Positions 1-10,640 of a stretch of DNA of 58,973 bases are shown in pieces. The stretch is taken from contig JALDTO010000154.1 in NCBI GenBank assembly GCA_023515725.1, forward strand, positions 761,003 through 819,975. Direction: 5' to 3'. A program made the translations under genes and the position numbers. This DNA comes from Amoeboaphelidium protococcarum X5. Lineage: Eukaryota > Fungi > Aphelidiomycota. Position 1 is the first letter of the stretch. Each line of letters opens with the position of its first letter. Below the pieces are notes generated by a model. The model worked only from the letters and a program-made list of their open reading frames with translations. It did no database searches and was not told where the DNA came from.

Positions 1-152
1 TGGATCAGAAGATTGATTCTTTGGAGAAGAAGGTGGACACTCTGGAGGTTGATATGAAAAGCAACCATAAGGAGTTAATCCAGATGTTGTAGCCCTTCAT
101 TCGAAAGGTTGAAGTACATGAAGCGTTGTGGGAACGAGAAAAATCTCCGTGA
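1..152 (+). CDS. 3' part (truncated by window edge) of coiled-coil repeat protein; identical inverted copy of the 2860-3306 gene
   Basis: Frame 3 reads DQKIDSLEKKVDTLEVDMKSNHKELIQMLQ(TAG)PFIRKVEVHEALWEREKSP then TGA at 150-152; 1-152 is the exact reverse complement of 2860-3011. Confidence 0.75.
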
Positions 153-602
153 ATTATATAATATTTGCATTTATTCATTTTTTATATAATTTTAATGCAT
201 ATTCAAAATCGTTGCTTTATCCGGTTTGCTTACCACTCGATTTCTAATGAGGAATATCTTGCGCCTTTGTGTGAATACGTCATCGAGTCAAAAATCATGC
301 TCAAAGTGGAACAAGGTGATTTTTACCTCTGCCTTTATGAAAGCATCTTCACCTATTGGTTTTATAGAGCTTTATCAATCAAATGTCTTGGAATAGAAAC
401 TGAGGATCAAAATTTCATCTGAATCGTATAGCTTTATCGATAAAAAAGGTTTCAAGTCAATCGATTACTTGTTTCGCCTCACAGAATCAACACAAATCAT
501 ACTTTCTTGTACTAATTGATAATAGATCCTATGTAAGAATATGACCTTTCTAAGACTTGTTGATAGCAAGTATGGAATGGATTTAGATAAAGTGAGTTAT
601 AA

Positions 603-2730
603 TGAAGTTACATGAAGCGATACGTGACAACTGTTGGACCAATGAGGATGTAACACACGTAAACAGATTACTGAGAAGTAACATGAGGATCAAGATAGTA
701 TAGATAGACGGTCTTGTGATGGTCGTATTCTGTTAAGATTATCAGTTCTGATTTTTATCATACTACTACCTTTAACAGTGTAAATACTGTAAAAAAATTC
801 CATCAACACATTTAAGTGAGCTTGAAATCGTAATGTAATTGGACAAATCCTGACCAAAAAGCACGTCCAAAAGTGTGGCTCGGCAAGAAGGATTTTACTG
901 TATTTAATCTGTCTCAAAAACGATTTGCACAGCCGGTATGTCCATCTTTTCTTATCAACTTTTTCCTCCATCTTTATTCACTTTAAACTCGCTCGGCCTG
1001 CCGTCTCTTTTGGCTGTTCTTTTAGAGTTTCATAGTCGTTATTTGGCCATTATTTCTACATTGTTGCATTTGCGCTTCATATTAATTTCTAAATACTTCA
1101 ACCCAGAGTTAAGAGCTCTGATTCATCGCCAGCCACCCTCGAAGGCCTAAAAATTCGATCTTATTGCTTAAAATGGCGTTTATTCAACGTATCTTAATGT
1201 ATTAGAGCCACACGATAGTCTTTGTCTTACCTATTTGAAGTATTTTGACTTGTGGTGTATCAATGAACCTTTTATTGTCTGTTGTGTGTGTCATGGCATT
1301 TGAACTCCTGCGATATCTGTAGGCTTGCACAATGATGGGTATCTCGTCGTATCCTCTTGGCCAATTGATTCAATCATTTATTCGGTAGGAATATTCCTGC
1401 TTCAGACTAGTATAAGCATCCTTGCGGAGGTGAGCTATTAATTCTTTATGTTGCCTAACGCGTAACGGCAGCAAAATTCTAATATCGTATGTAGACATCA
1501 CAAGAGATGAAACAACTACATAGCGCGCTGAGTTCCTCTAACGCATTCACTCATGTCCCAAAATCGCGCCGATAGTGTAGCTAGGCTTATCGTACATTAT
1601 GTTGCGATGAGTTCATTATCTCTACTGCATCAATGATTAAAATATAATCAGGAAGAAGCATTTGACTATTACAGTGGGCTTCTATCTCCACCGAGCTATT
1701 ATCAAGTCGAAAACTATGGATATTCGTAAATGATTGTGTTCACGTGGGTGCTGGTGATAAGAATGAACGGTTTTACATTATTAAAGTATTTGAATCTCCA
1801 ATTTTCACAACTGTTACGTAATGTAGTGAGTTTTGATAACTAATATATTATCCGTTTAGTGTTGTTTTATCAGATAGAGGTAGAAGGCGGTCAGTTAAAA
1901 CCGCAGAAAATATAGCTGTGTCTATCACTGGAAGAGCTAATATCAAGCAGTGACCGTAGTAAGCCATCATGCATTGATGATCAATACCCTCAAAGCGTGC
2001 GAGATCTAAGTCGTGAGAACTAACAAAATATTAGTGGAATATGATGAATGATGTTCAATTTCTTTTATAAGATTACAAGATCACTGTTTTATCCATGGCT
2101 GGCCATTTCACCATTGTATACGTTCTAGGCTCTGGGCTGAACCACATTTCCCAGACTCTATTGCTAAGCCACACATAAATGCTCACAGTCTAGTGTGATC
2201 ATAGTCTGAAAAGAACAAACAACGAGAACAACAAATCGGTTGTTGTTATCGGGTGGCTGTTGAGAACAACTCTGGAAGTGCTTGCGTTGCAGCCAAGGCG
2301 TGATTGATCATGAAGTTACATAGAAGTGAAACGTAACAAGTGTTGGTCGAATGAGGTAACATCAGATCACTCTATATAAGACGACTTCGTGATTGTCGTA
2401 TTTCTTTTATGACTATCAATAGATTATATTTCACTGATTTACTATCTTTCAACAGTGGCTGGCTCATTAGGCAACAGAATAGTGAGGACACCAGAAGGAT
2501 AACTACCCTAAGAAGCCGACTGGCTAAAGGGAAAACAATTGTTTCCAGAATTGCAACTCCTAATTATTCATTGTTCAATATTTTAAATCTGTCAAATTCA
2601 AGTAAGTCCCCGAGAGAAGAGATGTGTAGACGCGCGGTAGTCTTTCACTTAAACTCAACTTGATTACGCCAGCGATAGTCAGGTCGAATAGTTGTGGGGG
2701 TCACACGTTGCATTTAAACCTTGAACTAAA
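603..2730 (+). repeat. Diverged direct repeat pair (~603-1090 and ~2311-2730), probably decayed gene relics
   Basis: Collinear similar blocks, e.g. GAAGTTACATGAAGCGATACGTGACAACTGTTGGACCAATGAGG vs GAAGTTACATAGAAGTGAAACGTAACAAGTGTTGGTCGAATGAGG, and GTGATGGTCGTATT vs GTGATTGTCGTATT; no intact ORF even under table 6. Confidence 0.55.
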
Positions 2731-2859
2731 GTTTAAAGGCAAACTTTCCGATTCAGATGAAATTTTGATCATCAGTTTCTATTTCAAGACATTTGATTTA
2801 TAAAGCTCTATAAAACCAATTGTTCCACTTTGAGCATAATTTTAGAATCGATGACGTAT

Positions 2860-3306
2860 TCACGGAGATTTTTCTCGTTCCCACAACGCTTCATGTACTT
2901 CAACCTTTCGAATGAAGGGCTACAACATCTGGATTAACTCCTTATGGTTGCTTTTCATATCAACCTCCAGAGTGTCCACCTTCTTCTCCAAAGAATCAAT
3001 CTTCTGATCCACCTTCTTCTCCAAAGAATCAATCTTCAAATTCAAAGTATCAATCTTCAAATCCACCTTCTTCTCCAAAGAATCAAATTTCAAGTCGTAT
3101 TTGATTTCAAATTTGTCGACTTTCATACCAATCAACCAATTGACTCCTGTGATGATGCCACCAGCCAAACCCACCAGGACCGTAATAGCACCTTTATTCT
3201 CATTAAGAAAAATTAAATACGGATTCTTCTTGAATTACTCTTCACTTGCACCACTGGAATAAGGACGATTATAATTAAACCTTCTTTGCAAAGCACCGCG
3301 GATCAT
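2860..3306 (-). CDS. 148-aa protein: basic mitochondrial-presequence-like N-terminus, one TM helix, coiled coil of 11-aa KIDSLEKKVD repeats
   Basis: ATG 3306 to TGA 2860 open under table 6: MIRGALQRRFNYNRPYSS...AITVLVGLAGGIITGVNWLIG...KFDSLEKKVDLKIDTLNLKIDSLEKKVDQKIDSLEKKVD; 33-bp DNA repeats at ~2976-3085. Confidence 0.75.
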
Positions 3307-3369
3307 TGTTGTTGTAGATTTTAAAAGTAAGTAAGAAAGCGATGAAAAGTCGGCCTGCTCTACGGAGTA

Positions 3370-6151
3370 TGGAGTACTAATTCTAATTAACATTGCAGGC
3401 AATCTCATCGCCACTGGTCAACTTTTCTCTGCTCCTGCTGCTTTGAATTTTCACTTTAATGGAGTGTTAGACTATACTTTGACATAAGGGTGAACCTCCT
3501 CATGGCATGCGAAATGGTCCTCAGCAGGTCAATTTTAGTGGGCCTCATTTTTGTCAAATGAATTTGTCTAGATTAAAGGACTTGCATCGGATTCGGCTGG
3601 TAACATCTTTCAAGTTTCTTAGGTAACGTAAGTTCTTTCATATCCTTATGGAGGATTTAGCTTCACTCCCACGACTACCGTCTGCAACGTGCGCAAGGTA
3701 AATCCTAGTGGTGTTTAGCAATGGAAAATCAATTTTGGGTATGCAGCAACTACAACCTGTAGCTCCGCTATTGCCGTGTCATAATCAACTGGCGATGTGT
3801 ATGTTGCTGGATTGTTCATTTTTGGAGACACTGTGTAGAATGGTTATAATACTCCACTTGGCTTACTCGGTTTTCGTGATCCTATTAACCAGCTTTATGT
3901 CACCCAACAAAGCAATATGACTCTGAAGTCAGCTTTATTTTTGGCCAAGGTTTAATAACCATGGTGTCTACTAGTGGTTGGTGCGCATTGACGATTCGTA
4001 ATCATCACCATCCACCTTGAGTGAGTCGCCAAATGGAAATGTCGTCCTTGTTGGTACTTATTAAAACACAGCATCACCTCTCAGATTATACGACCGTAAC
4101 GGATTGTTGGTCCGCAGTGTAAATTCTGCTCGAGTTCTGCTTAGTGGCTTTGTTGCGACCTACAGTTCATCTGGTTCTCTAATATATGTTGCGACAATGG
4201 ACGGAACTAGTAATGATAAGGCCGTTGATTGTGTTGTGGACGCTGTCTCCAACGTATTTGTGGCAGCATAGCTTGCATCGCCTGCTGTCGCTGTAGTTGA
4301 TGGATTAGGGAATAGCCAAAGTATTCCATCATCTTCATCAACTGTGCTGAAATTTAGTCCATCTGGTGAGTTTTTGTACAGCTTCCGTAGTACTTATGGT
4401 TTATAACTCTACGCTATTTTAAAAGGTTTCAACAATAGCCTTATTCTGGCTGGCTAATATAGTAGCGCATCCACACTATTCGATAGTTCTGGCAATTATG
4501 GACTGGATTTGCCAACGTCTGGTAGTGGTTTCGTGTTTGCAAAGTATTTGGACTATAACTCTACTCTGACAACCACTACTACTACAACCACGACAACGAC
4601 AACCACGTCGACAACTACCACTAGTACCAAGGCAACAACTACTACTACGACGACGACCCCTACCACAACCACACCCTCTACGACTATTCCGACTACTGCC
4701 ACAGCTCTGACTACAACTAGTACTACGCCGACAACGACTACTGCCACAACGACATTTGCTAGTGCAACATTATCCGAAGCTGCCTTAATAAGTCTCGTTA
4801 ACTCCACCACATCCTAAATTGCTGTTGATATTAGCTCTATGACAACTTCTCTGTTGTCTGATCCACAGACTTCTACTGCAATCTTGATTAGTCACACTAC
4901 AAAACTAATTTTCGAGTTGCTCTCGAACGAGTAAAGCTCTAGTATTACAAATAGCATGTCACTCAATGACGACGTAGCAGGACAAGTATAGCCTGGAGCT
5001 TAGTCTTAAATGATGACACTGTACATTATTGTCATTGTGATTGTGTGCGTTTTAATCATTGCAGTCGTTCTACTGTCTATGTACTGCATAAGGCGCAGTT
5101 ACATCAAGGCTCGCATGAGATCTTCCAAGACACTGTTATCAAGGAATATTGGAGGTATGGCTGATCAAACATTAAATGCGCGATTGATTTGGCGATTAAA
5201 CAGGAGGTACAGCGATGGGTGGTACAACGTTTATGAATTCTTCGATTGAGGTTGCGGTTCCTGCATATTTGGAGTTGAAGAGTGATTTGAACTTTCGAAT
5301 GGTACCCAATTCCTTTATCAACAAGGGCGGATAAGCTGAGATTTAGGTTGCAGAGATTTTGTCTTCTCCGACTTTGCATCCGTTTGCTACAAGTAGTACA
5401 AGATTGGTTGCAGCTAAATGCTTCATTGGCAAAGTGCAGAAGGATAGCGTTCATCAGGAGATTGCTCTGATGTGGAGATTCAAAGACTATGACAAAATTG
5501 CAAAGTTGATTGGTTTCGATACTTTGCACAATGTATTGCTTATGATCAATTATGAACTGGGGTCTTTGGAATAGCTGATTCTGGGCCAAACTTTCCATGC
5601 TCAGCAGGTCGACTATTCAATGGAGTAACAGCAACTTTTATGCTAAGACGTTTCCACAGCGTTATGGATCTTGCATTAGAATGCTGTGGTCCACAATGAC
5701 ATCAAGTCTGGTAACTATTTGGTGTACTAGGACGCTAGCGGTCTATAACGCGTTGTACTGATAGACTTTGGTATTTGTACTCTACTTTCGCGGGCGAACG
5801 TGGTGTAGGGCATGTAATGGAATCAATTGAAAGGACACACTGTCACGTATGCTGCCACGGGGCTTTTGTCTAAACTACAAGTGCCTGAGCAGCTTCTTCC
5901 TGCAAGAGATGTCTATGCTGGTGCTGTGGTGATGTTTGAAATTTTTGCCGCGTAGAAAAGCGTGGGAAGGCTATAAAGCAGTGTAAGTGAGTGAAATGAT
6001 ACTGCAAGGTTTAAGGCCGAAAGCTTAATTTCTGGATAATCGAGCACAGATGCTATTTCAAGTCATCTAACTTGCTTGGGCTCAAGATCCGTCTATGAGG
6101 CCTGCGGCTGATGCTATCGTTAGTGAAGTTTAAAAGCTCGCACATGCATGA
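3370..6151 (+). pseudogene. Frameshifted receptor-like protein kinase: beta-propeller (SBBP-like) ectodomain, Thr-rich mucin stalk, TM helix, TKL-like kinase
   Basis: Propeller-like repeats (AKWSSAGQFQW, LASDSAGNIF, IAVSQSTGDVYVAG, FVATYSSSG, VLKFSPSGEFLY), Thr tract 4560-4760, TM at 5019-5085, kinase motifs VAAK, VVHNDIKSGN, DFG, YAA, DVYA, W..DPSMRP; frameshifts near 3500, 3949, 5188 and 5957; no clear start or signal peptide. Confidence 0.8.
4560..4760 (+). repeat. ACN-codon low-complexity tract encoding a poly-Thr stalk
   Basis: Degenerate ACA/ACT/ACC/ACG run in frame with the flanking ecto- and TM domains. Confidence 0.85.
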
Positions 6152-6586
6152 TGTGGCTTTGAGTTCATGACAAGTGAAGTGATGAAAAAATGTTGCAATA
6201 TATTAATGGTGTTTCAATTTCAATGTATTTATTTGTATGAAATCTACCTTTAGCCCAAACAATGACGCTTCAAGTTACCGTGCATTAATTAGATACACTT
6301 TAGTATAGTGATATGAAAGTATTCTGTGCAATAGATACTGTAAGCTCATTGTTAAGATACCAAGTCTTCAATGGATTTAAGCTAGACGCGTGTTCGTTTT
6401 GAAGCTTAGGTGATGATGGCGATCGTTGCGCTCGCTTAATCACAGCTTCGTTTGGGAAAAGACACGCGAGCGACGACTTTACTACAGTTCTTATCGTCTG
6501 TTAGATTAAACAACCGCCACTTAGTTAAAGTTGACTCTCCAACCCACCCACCTCAACTTTATACTCCAAGCTATCAGCCAAATCAA

Positions 6587-7480
6587 ATGTCTCAGTCATC
6601 ATAGTAGTAATAATAGTAACAGTAAAGTGTAAGAAGGAAAGAGTATTTGTTCAAAATCTTGATCATTGGCGACCTGGGAACTGGGAAGACTAGTATTATA
6701 AAGAGGTATGTACATGACATTTTCAGTGGATCATACAAGAGCACCATTGGAGTCGATTTTGCACTCAAAGTTCTGTAATATCCTTTTGCTTCTAATGGCA
6801 CTAGTGGATAATCTCAGGAAGATTTATCATCACCATCGGCTAATGGTTTATAGTAAAGTAAGACGCAAGAAGCTGTGGTGAGACTCCAACTCTGGGACAT
6901 TGCTGGTCAGGAGCGATTTGGTAATATGACCAGGGTATACTATAAGGAAGCTGTTGGAGCTCTTATTGTGTTCGATCTATAAAAAGCTAATGAGAGCTGG
7001 ATTAAAGATGGGAATTTGACTGCGGCGATGGATGGTGTCAGAAAGTGGAAATCAGATTTGGATTCTAAAGTTAATCGCTTCAACTACAAAGACTCTTTTT
7101 AATCAGGTGGAAGTTAGGGATCATTATAAGTAAAGAATGAATAAACTTCTAGAGATCAACTTAAAGAAGTACCAATACCAGCAATCTTACTGGGAAATAA
7201 GGCAGATCTAGTTCCTAATAACCAAGAAATTGCTGATGAATTGCGCCCATTTTGTCAGGAATCTGGATTTCATAGCTGTTATTTGACCTCTGCCAAAGAG
7301 GGAAGTGGAATTGATGAAGCAGTGCGATAACTTGTGGAATTGATTGTTTAGAATGAGTATGCTCGATAGTAGTATGTGTAATTATATGGATCTACAGATT
7401 TGAGTTAAGACAAGAATACCGTTAGATTAACTTCAGCCTCTGGTGGTTCTCCATCCAACTCTAAAGGTTGCTGTGCGTGA
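6587..7480 (+). CDS. RAB32: Rab32/Rab38-family small GTPase
   Basis: [38 protein letters not shown], diagnostic [32 protein letters not shown]-terminal GCCA-TGA; poly-Q written with TAG/TAA at 6602-6625. Confidence 0.92.
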
Positions 7481-7571
7481 TTACTGCCATACCATCTCTC
7501 GGTACTATATTTGCTGAACTATAGTGTGAAAAGGTATTGTGCAAGTATACTTGTAATTATTATGATTACAT

Positions 7572-8396
7572 TTAACAGCATTTACTCTTGGAGTTACGCG
7601 ATATACTTTGAGAAGAGTTTGCAATACCACCACCATCAGCAGCAGCGGAATTATTTAACTTTATAGTCTTGTTATCTTTAGATGGATTATGTTCAGAGAT
7701 TCTGACGCCTTTGGACGACTACTACAATTGAGTATCAGAGGAGGTGGCAAACTTATTCAGCATCATCTTACTCAGTAATAGATAAACCAGGTCAACATTA
7801 AGGCCAGATTTGGCACTCGCTTCACAGTAACATATATCACCAATAGGAGTCTAGTCTTATAACTGTGCAGAGTCAGCATTGATAACAGTACAATTGAACG
7901 GAGTTAGAATAGTGTCCTGCAAGTGCTCCTTGGTGATCCCGCCTAACTTACCAGTCACACCACCTTCTCCAACTAGATCCTTCTTATTACCAACAACCAC
8001 GATCTGAATTTCATTAAGAGCATTCTGTCGCACCTCTTCTACCCACTAACCAACTTTGTGCATTGTATCCGCATTGGTCAGATCAAACACGATCACCGCA
8101 CCATGAGCATTGCGGTAATATATTGGTGAGAGGGCGTGATACTACTCCTGACCAGCAGTGTCGCTAATGTTCAGTTGAACATGTCGCTGCACTCTACGAG
8201 CCATATCCGGCACAGTGAGCTTCTTTGTGGCACTCGACGCCCTGATGGTGGGTATATGCGAGACATTGAACGAGTCATTTACATACCTGTTCATGAGCGA
8301 TGTCTTGCCAACACTTCCCTCGCCTAGCATAACCACTTTGAATGTACTTGCACTTGAACCGCTATTACTATTACTTTATTATTATCTCAAACTCAT
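7572..8396 (-). CDS. RAB21: Rab21-like small GTPase (divergent); 3' end placed at the TAA following the CC motif
   Basis: FKVVMLGEGSVGKTSL, HIPTIRAS, DTAGQEQYHALSPIYYR, GNKKD, ASAK, ends KSKCC then TAA 7572-7574; next in-frame TGA only at 7080-7082. Confidence 0.8.
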
Positions 8397-8777
8397 TGCT
8401 GCAATCAATATAGTAGTCTAGAAGGTGTGATTGGTACAAGAGTAAAAGAGAGCTGAACGAATGAACGATCAAAGCGCGTTTTGAGGGTTTATGAATGAAA
8501 GCATCAGATACAACAACTTTGAATGAACACTTCACGCCATACATTCAATTCTACTGCGAGATTTTTACATAATATAAATTTAGAAGATTTAGTTAATGTT
8601 AAATGATTTTGAACTGAGCTGCATGTGATTAATTATGCCATGCTTTGTTATTCAATAGGCAACTTTAATCATGATTGATTGCAACTGTTGATTGGCTCTT
8701 TATCGAAATCGAGTCACTCAGTCTGCCTCCTTCTGCTATTCGCTCGCTCTATTGCCAAAGAGTCACATTCTAATGAT

Positions 8778-10193
8778 ATGATTTATCAAATATAATATAC
8801 AGTCTTATTATTATTATTATTATTATTAGCGGTGGTGTAAATATAAGTTTTAGTTGTATCTGGTGCGGATAGATGTGGCAATGTGCCTAGTTGCTGGATA
8901 GACGTCAATATGTGTCACCAATCAGTAAAGAAATGTAATGGCGATTTCTGTTAAAACGTCTGCCTTAAGTACGCCAATGACACCTCCATGAAATTTATTT
9001 AGTAAAATAGAGCATATATTGATTATTATGAGCGGATAGATAGAGTACCGCTGATAGGCACTCATAACTCTTGGATCAGTAACGCGTATGGTATTGGCGT
9101 TGAGGAATTGGACGCGTCGCGTATTTTGAGACTGAGCGGATTGTTTCCCAATGCCGCCGCTTCATCATCATTATAAGGAGTCGGACGTGGAAATGATCGA
9201 GTAGTGATTGCCAATTAGCGACTCTCTGTTACTGATTAGTTGGTGCTGGGTTTAAGGCACTTGGAACTTGATATTCATTCTGATCGTTTTGGGAATACCA
9301 GTGATATAAGTGTTTGTCATTGGCCAATTGCACCTCTAAATTTTGTACTGTATGTTGAGATTGCGCAGCTTAAATTGCTGGTTGATTCAGTTTTTGAATG
9401 TTTATAAGAATAATTGTCTTTTTAAGATGACAGGTTGGATATTGGAGATGCTTTGGGACCTGCTATTAATTTATTCCAACTCATCTCGTACAATACTTTT
9501 GAAAATATCCAGGAGCGTATTTCGTTGGAAGATATTTATGAAATTAGATAGAATATTGAATCGCTGTGTAATACTACATCGAGATACAAGTGGTTGGAGT
9601 GGAACAAATCTAATCTTGGTTGTCAGTCGACTCTGTATAGATTGAGTATGCGCGATGCTCTACTGGAAGTGCACACGTTTCTTTAACAGTATCCAGAAGA
9701 ATTTGTTATAATCTATCTGGATTCGCGTGTACCATAGAGTAAGTTTTTATTATTCCAGTAGACTGTTTTATCTGTATATCCATAGGGGACTATTTTCACT
9801 CCTCGAGATTGGCGTGCGTCATACAATGCAACGTTCCCATCCATGAGGTAATTGATCGATGCTGGGTATCGAGTAATGTTTGAGCTGTATGACCGCAATG
9901 GATGGTTTAAATCTAGACGGCATGGTTAGCAGGCTAGAGATTTTATATTCAATCGTAATGATCTATGGCAAGAATTTAAAATCCCTCAGTTTGATCATTA
10001 GTTATGTACTGTGAACGGGCATTCTATAAAAGATGGCACAACAGGCTGGCGTGCTCTAGACACGTCTTTATCGCTTGGTCCATCTATATTGTTTAACACC
10101 AGTGAGCCTACAGTTGACCCTAAAGATCGTGCTCTGCTCCGAGATTGTAATGTCTAAAGGCTAGCTTTAGACTAATTTGTACCTTGGAGTTGA
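8778..10193 (+). CDS. Secreted PI-PLC-like phosphodiesterase
   Basis: Leu-rich signal peptide, Cys-rich N-terminal segment, IGTHNSW, NQRLSVTDQLVLGLRHLELDIH, VCH motifs; 471 aa, TGA stop. Confidence 0.8.
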
Positions 10194-10247
10194 ATTTCAT
10201 TGTTTAAGTACAGTTTTAAGACTTGTGTCATGCGTGCTCTGAAGTGA

Positions 10248-10606
10248 TTGAACTTTGAATAGGTTATCAAAACCATTCGTTTCATTGTCTACTGTCTTGG
10301 TTCAACTTAGAATTAGAATTGTTCAACAGCGACAAATGTCGCATTTGGTGTTTGCAGAGCAGCGACAATTGTCGCAGTGTTGCAAAACGACTGTAAAACT
10401 CAGCATTCAGCACGCTCGCTGTCCATTGAGTGGACTAAAAAGTACTCGACCAGCAATTGAACTAATCTAATACATAATCCTCGTGTTGGAAAAAGCAAAC
10501 TTATTCACTAAGACATGTGCGACAAATGTCGCTCTTTGTTTCATGCGATGTGCGACAAACGTCGCAGTGTTGAAAAGCTGCATTGACAGAACTGATTAAA
10601 GTTCAA
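10248..10606. mobile_element. Candidate MITE-like element with imperfect TIRs and four internal 14-bp palindromes
   Basis: TTGAACTTTGAATAGGTT (10248) vs revcomp of 10590-10606 TTGAACTTTAATCAGTT; GCGACA-N2-TGTCGC-type palindromes at 10329, 10362, 10519 and 10552. Confidence 0.45.
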
Positions 10607-10640
10607 ACTCGTCATAAAACGTGCTAACAACATTATATAT

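Larger units (their letters stand above)
1..3011. repeat. Large inverted duplication: left arm 1-426, right arm 2749-3011 (left arm probably extends beyond the window)
   Basis: 1-152 = revcomp of 2860-3011; 271-426 aligns closely to revcomp of 2749-2862; the right arm lacks two segments (~122 bp and ~41 bp) present in the left arm. Confidence 0.9.

Noticed and set aside
1330-2050. Possible spliced gene inside the inverted duplication
   Set aside because: Only discontinuous table-6 frames without recognisable motifs; probably decayed sequence
4553-4810. Poly-Val ORF on the minus strand
   Set aside because: Antisense shadow of the poly-Thr stalk
10329-10565. CRISPR-like repeat-spacer array
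   Set aside because: Only four 14-bp repeats in two pairs with 19-bp spacers, no cas genes, eukaryotic context
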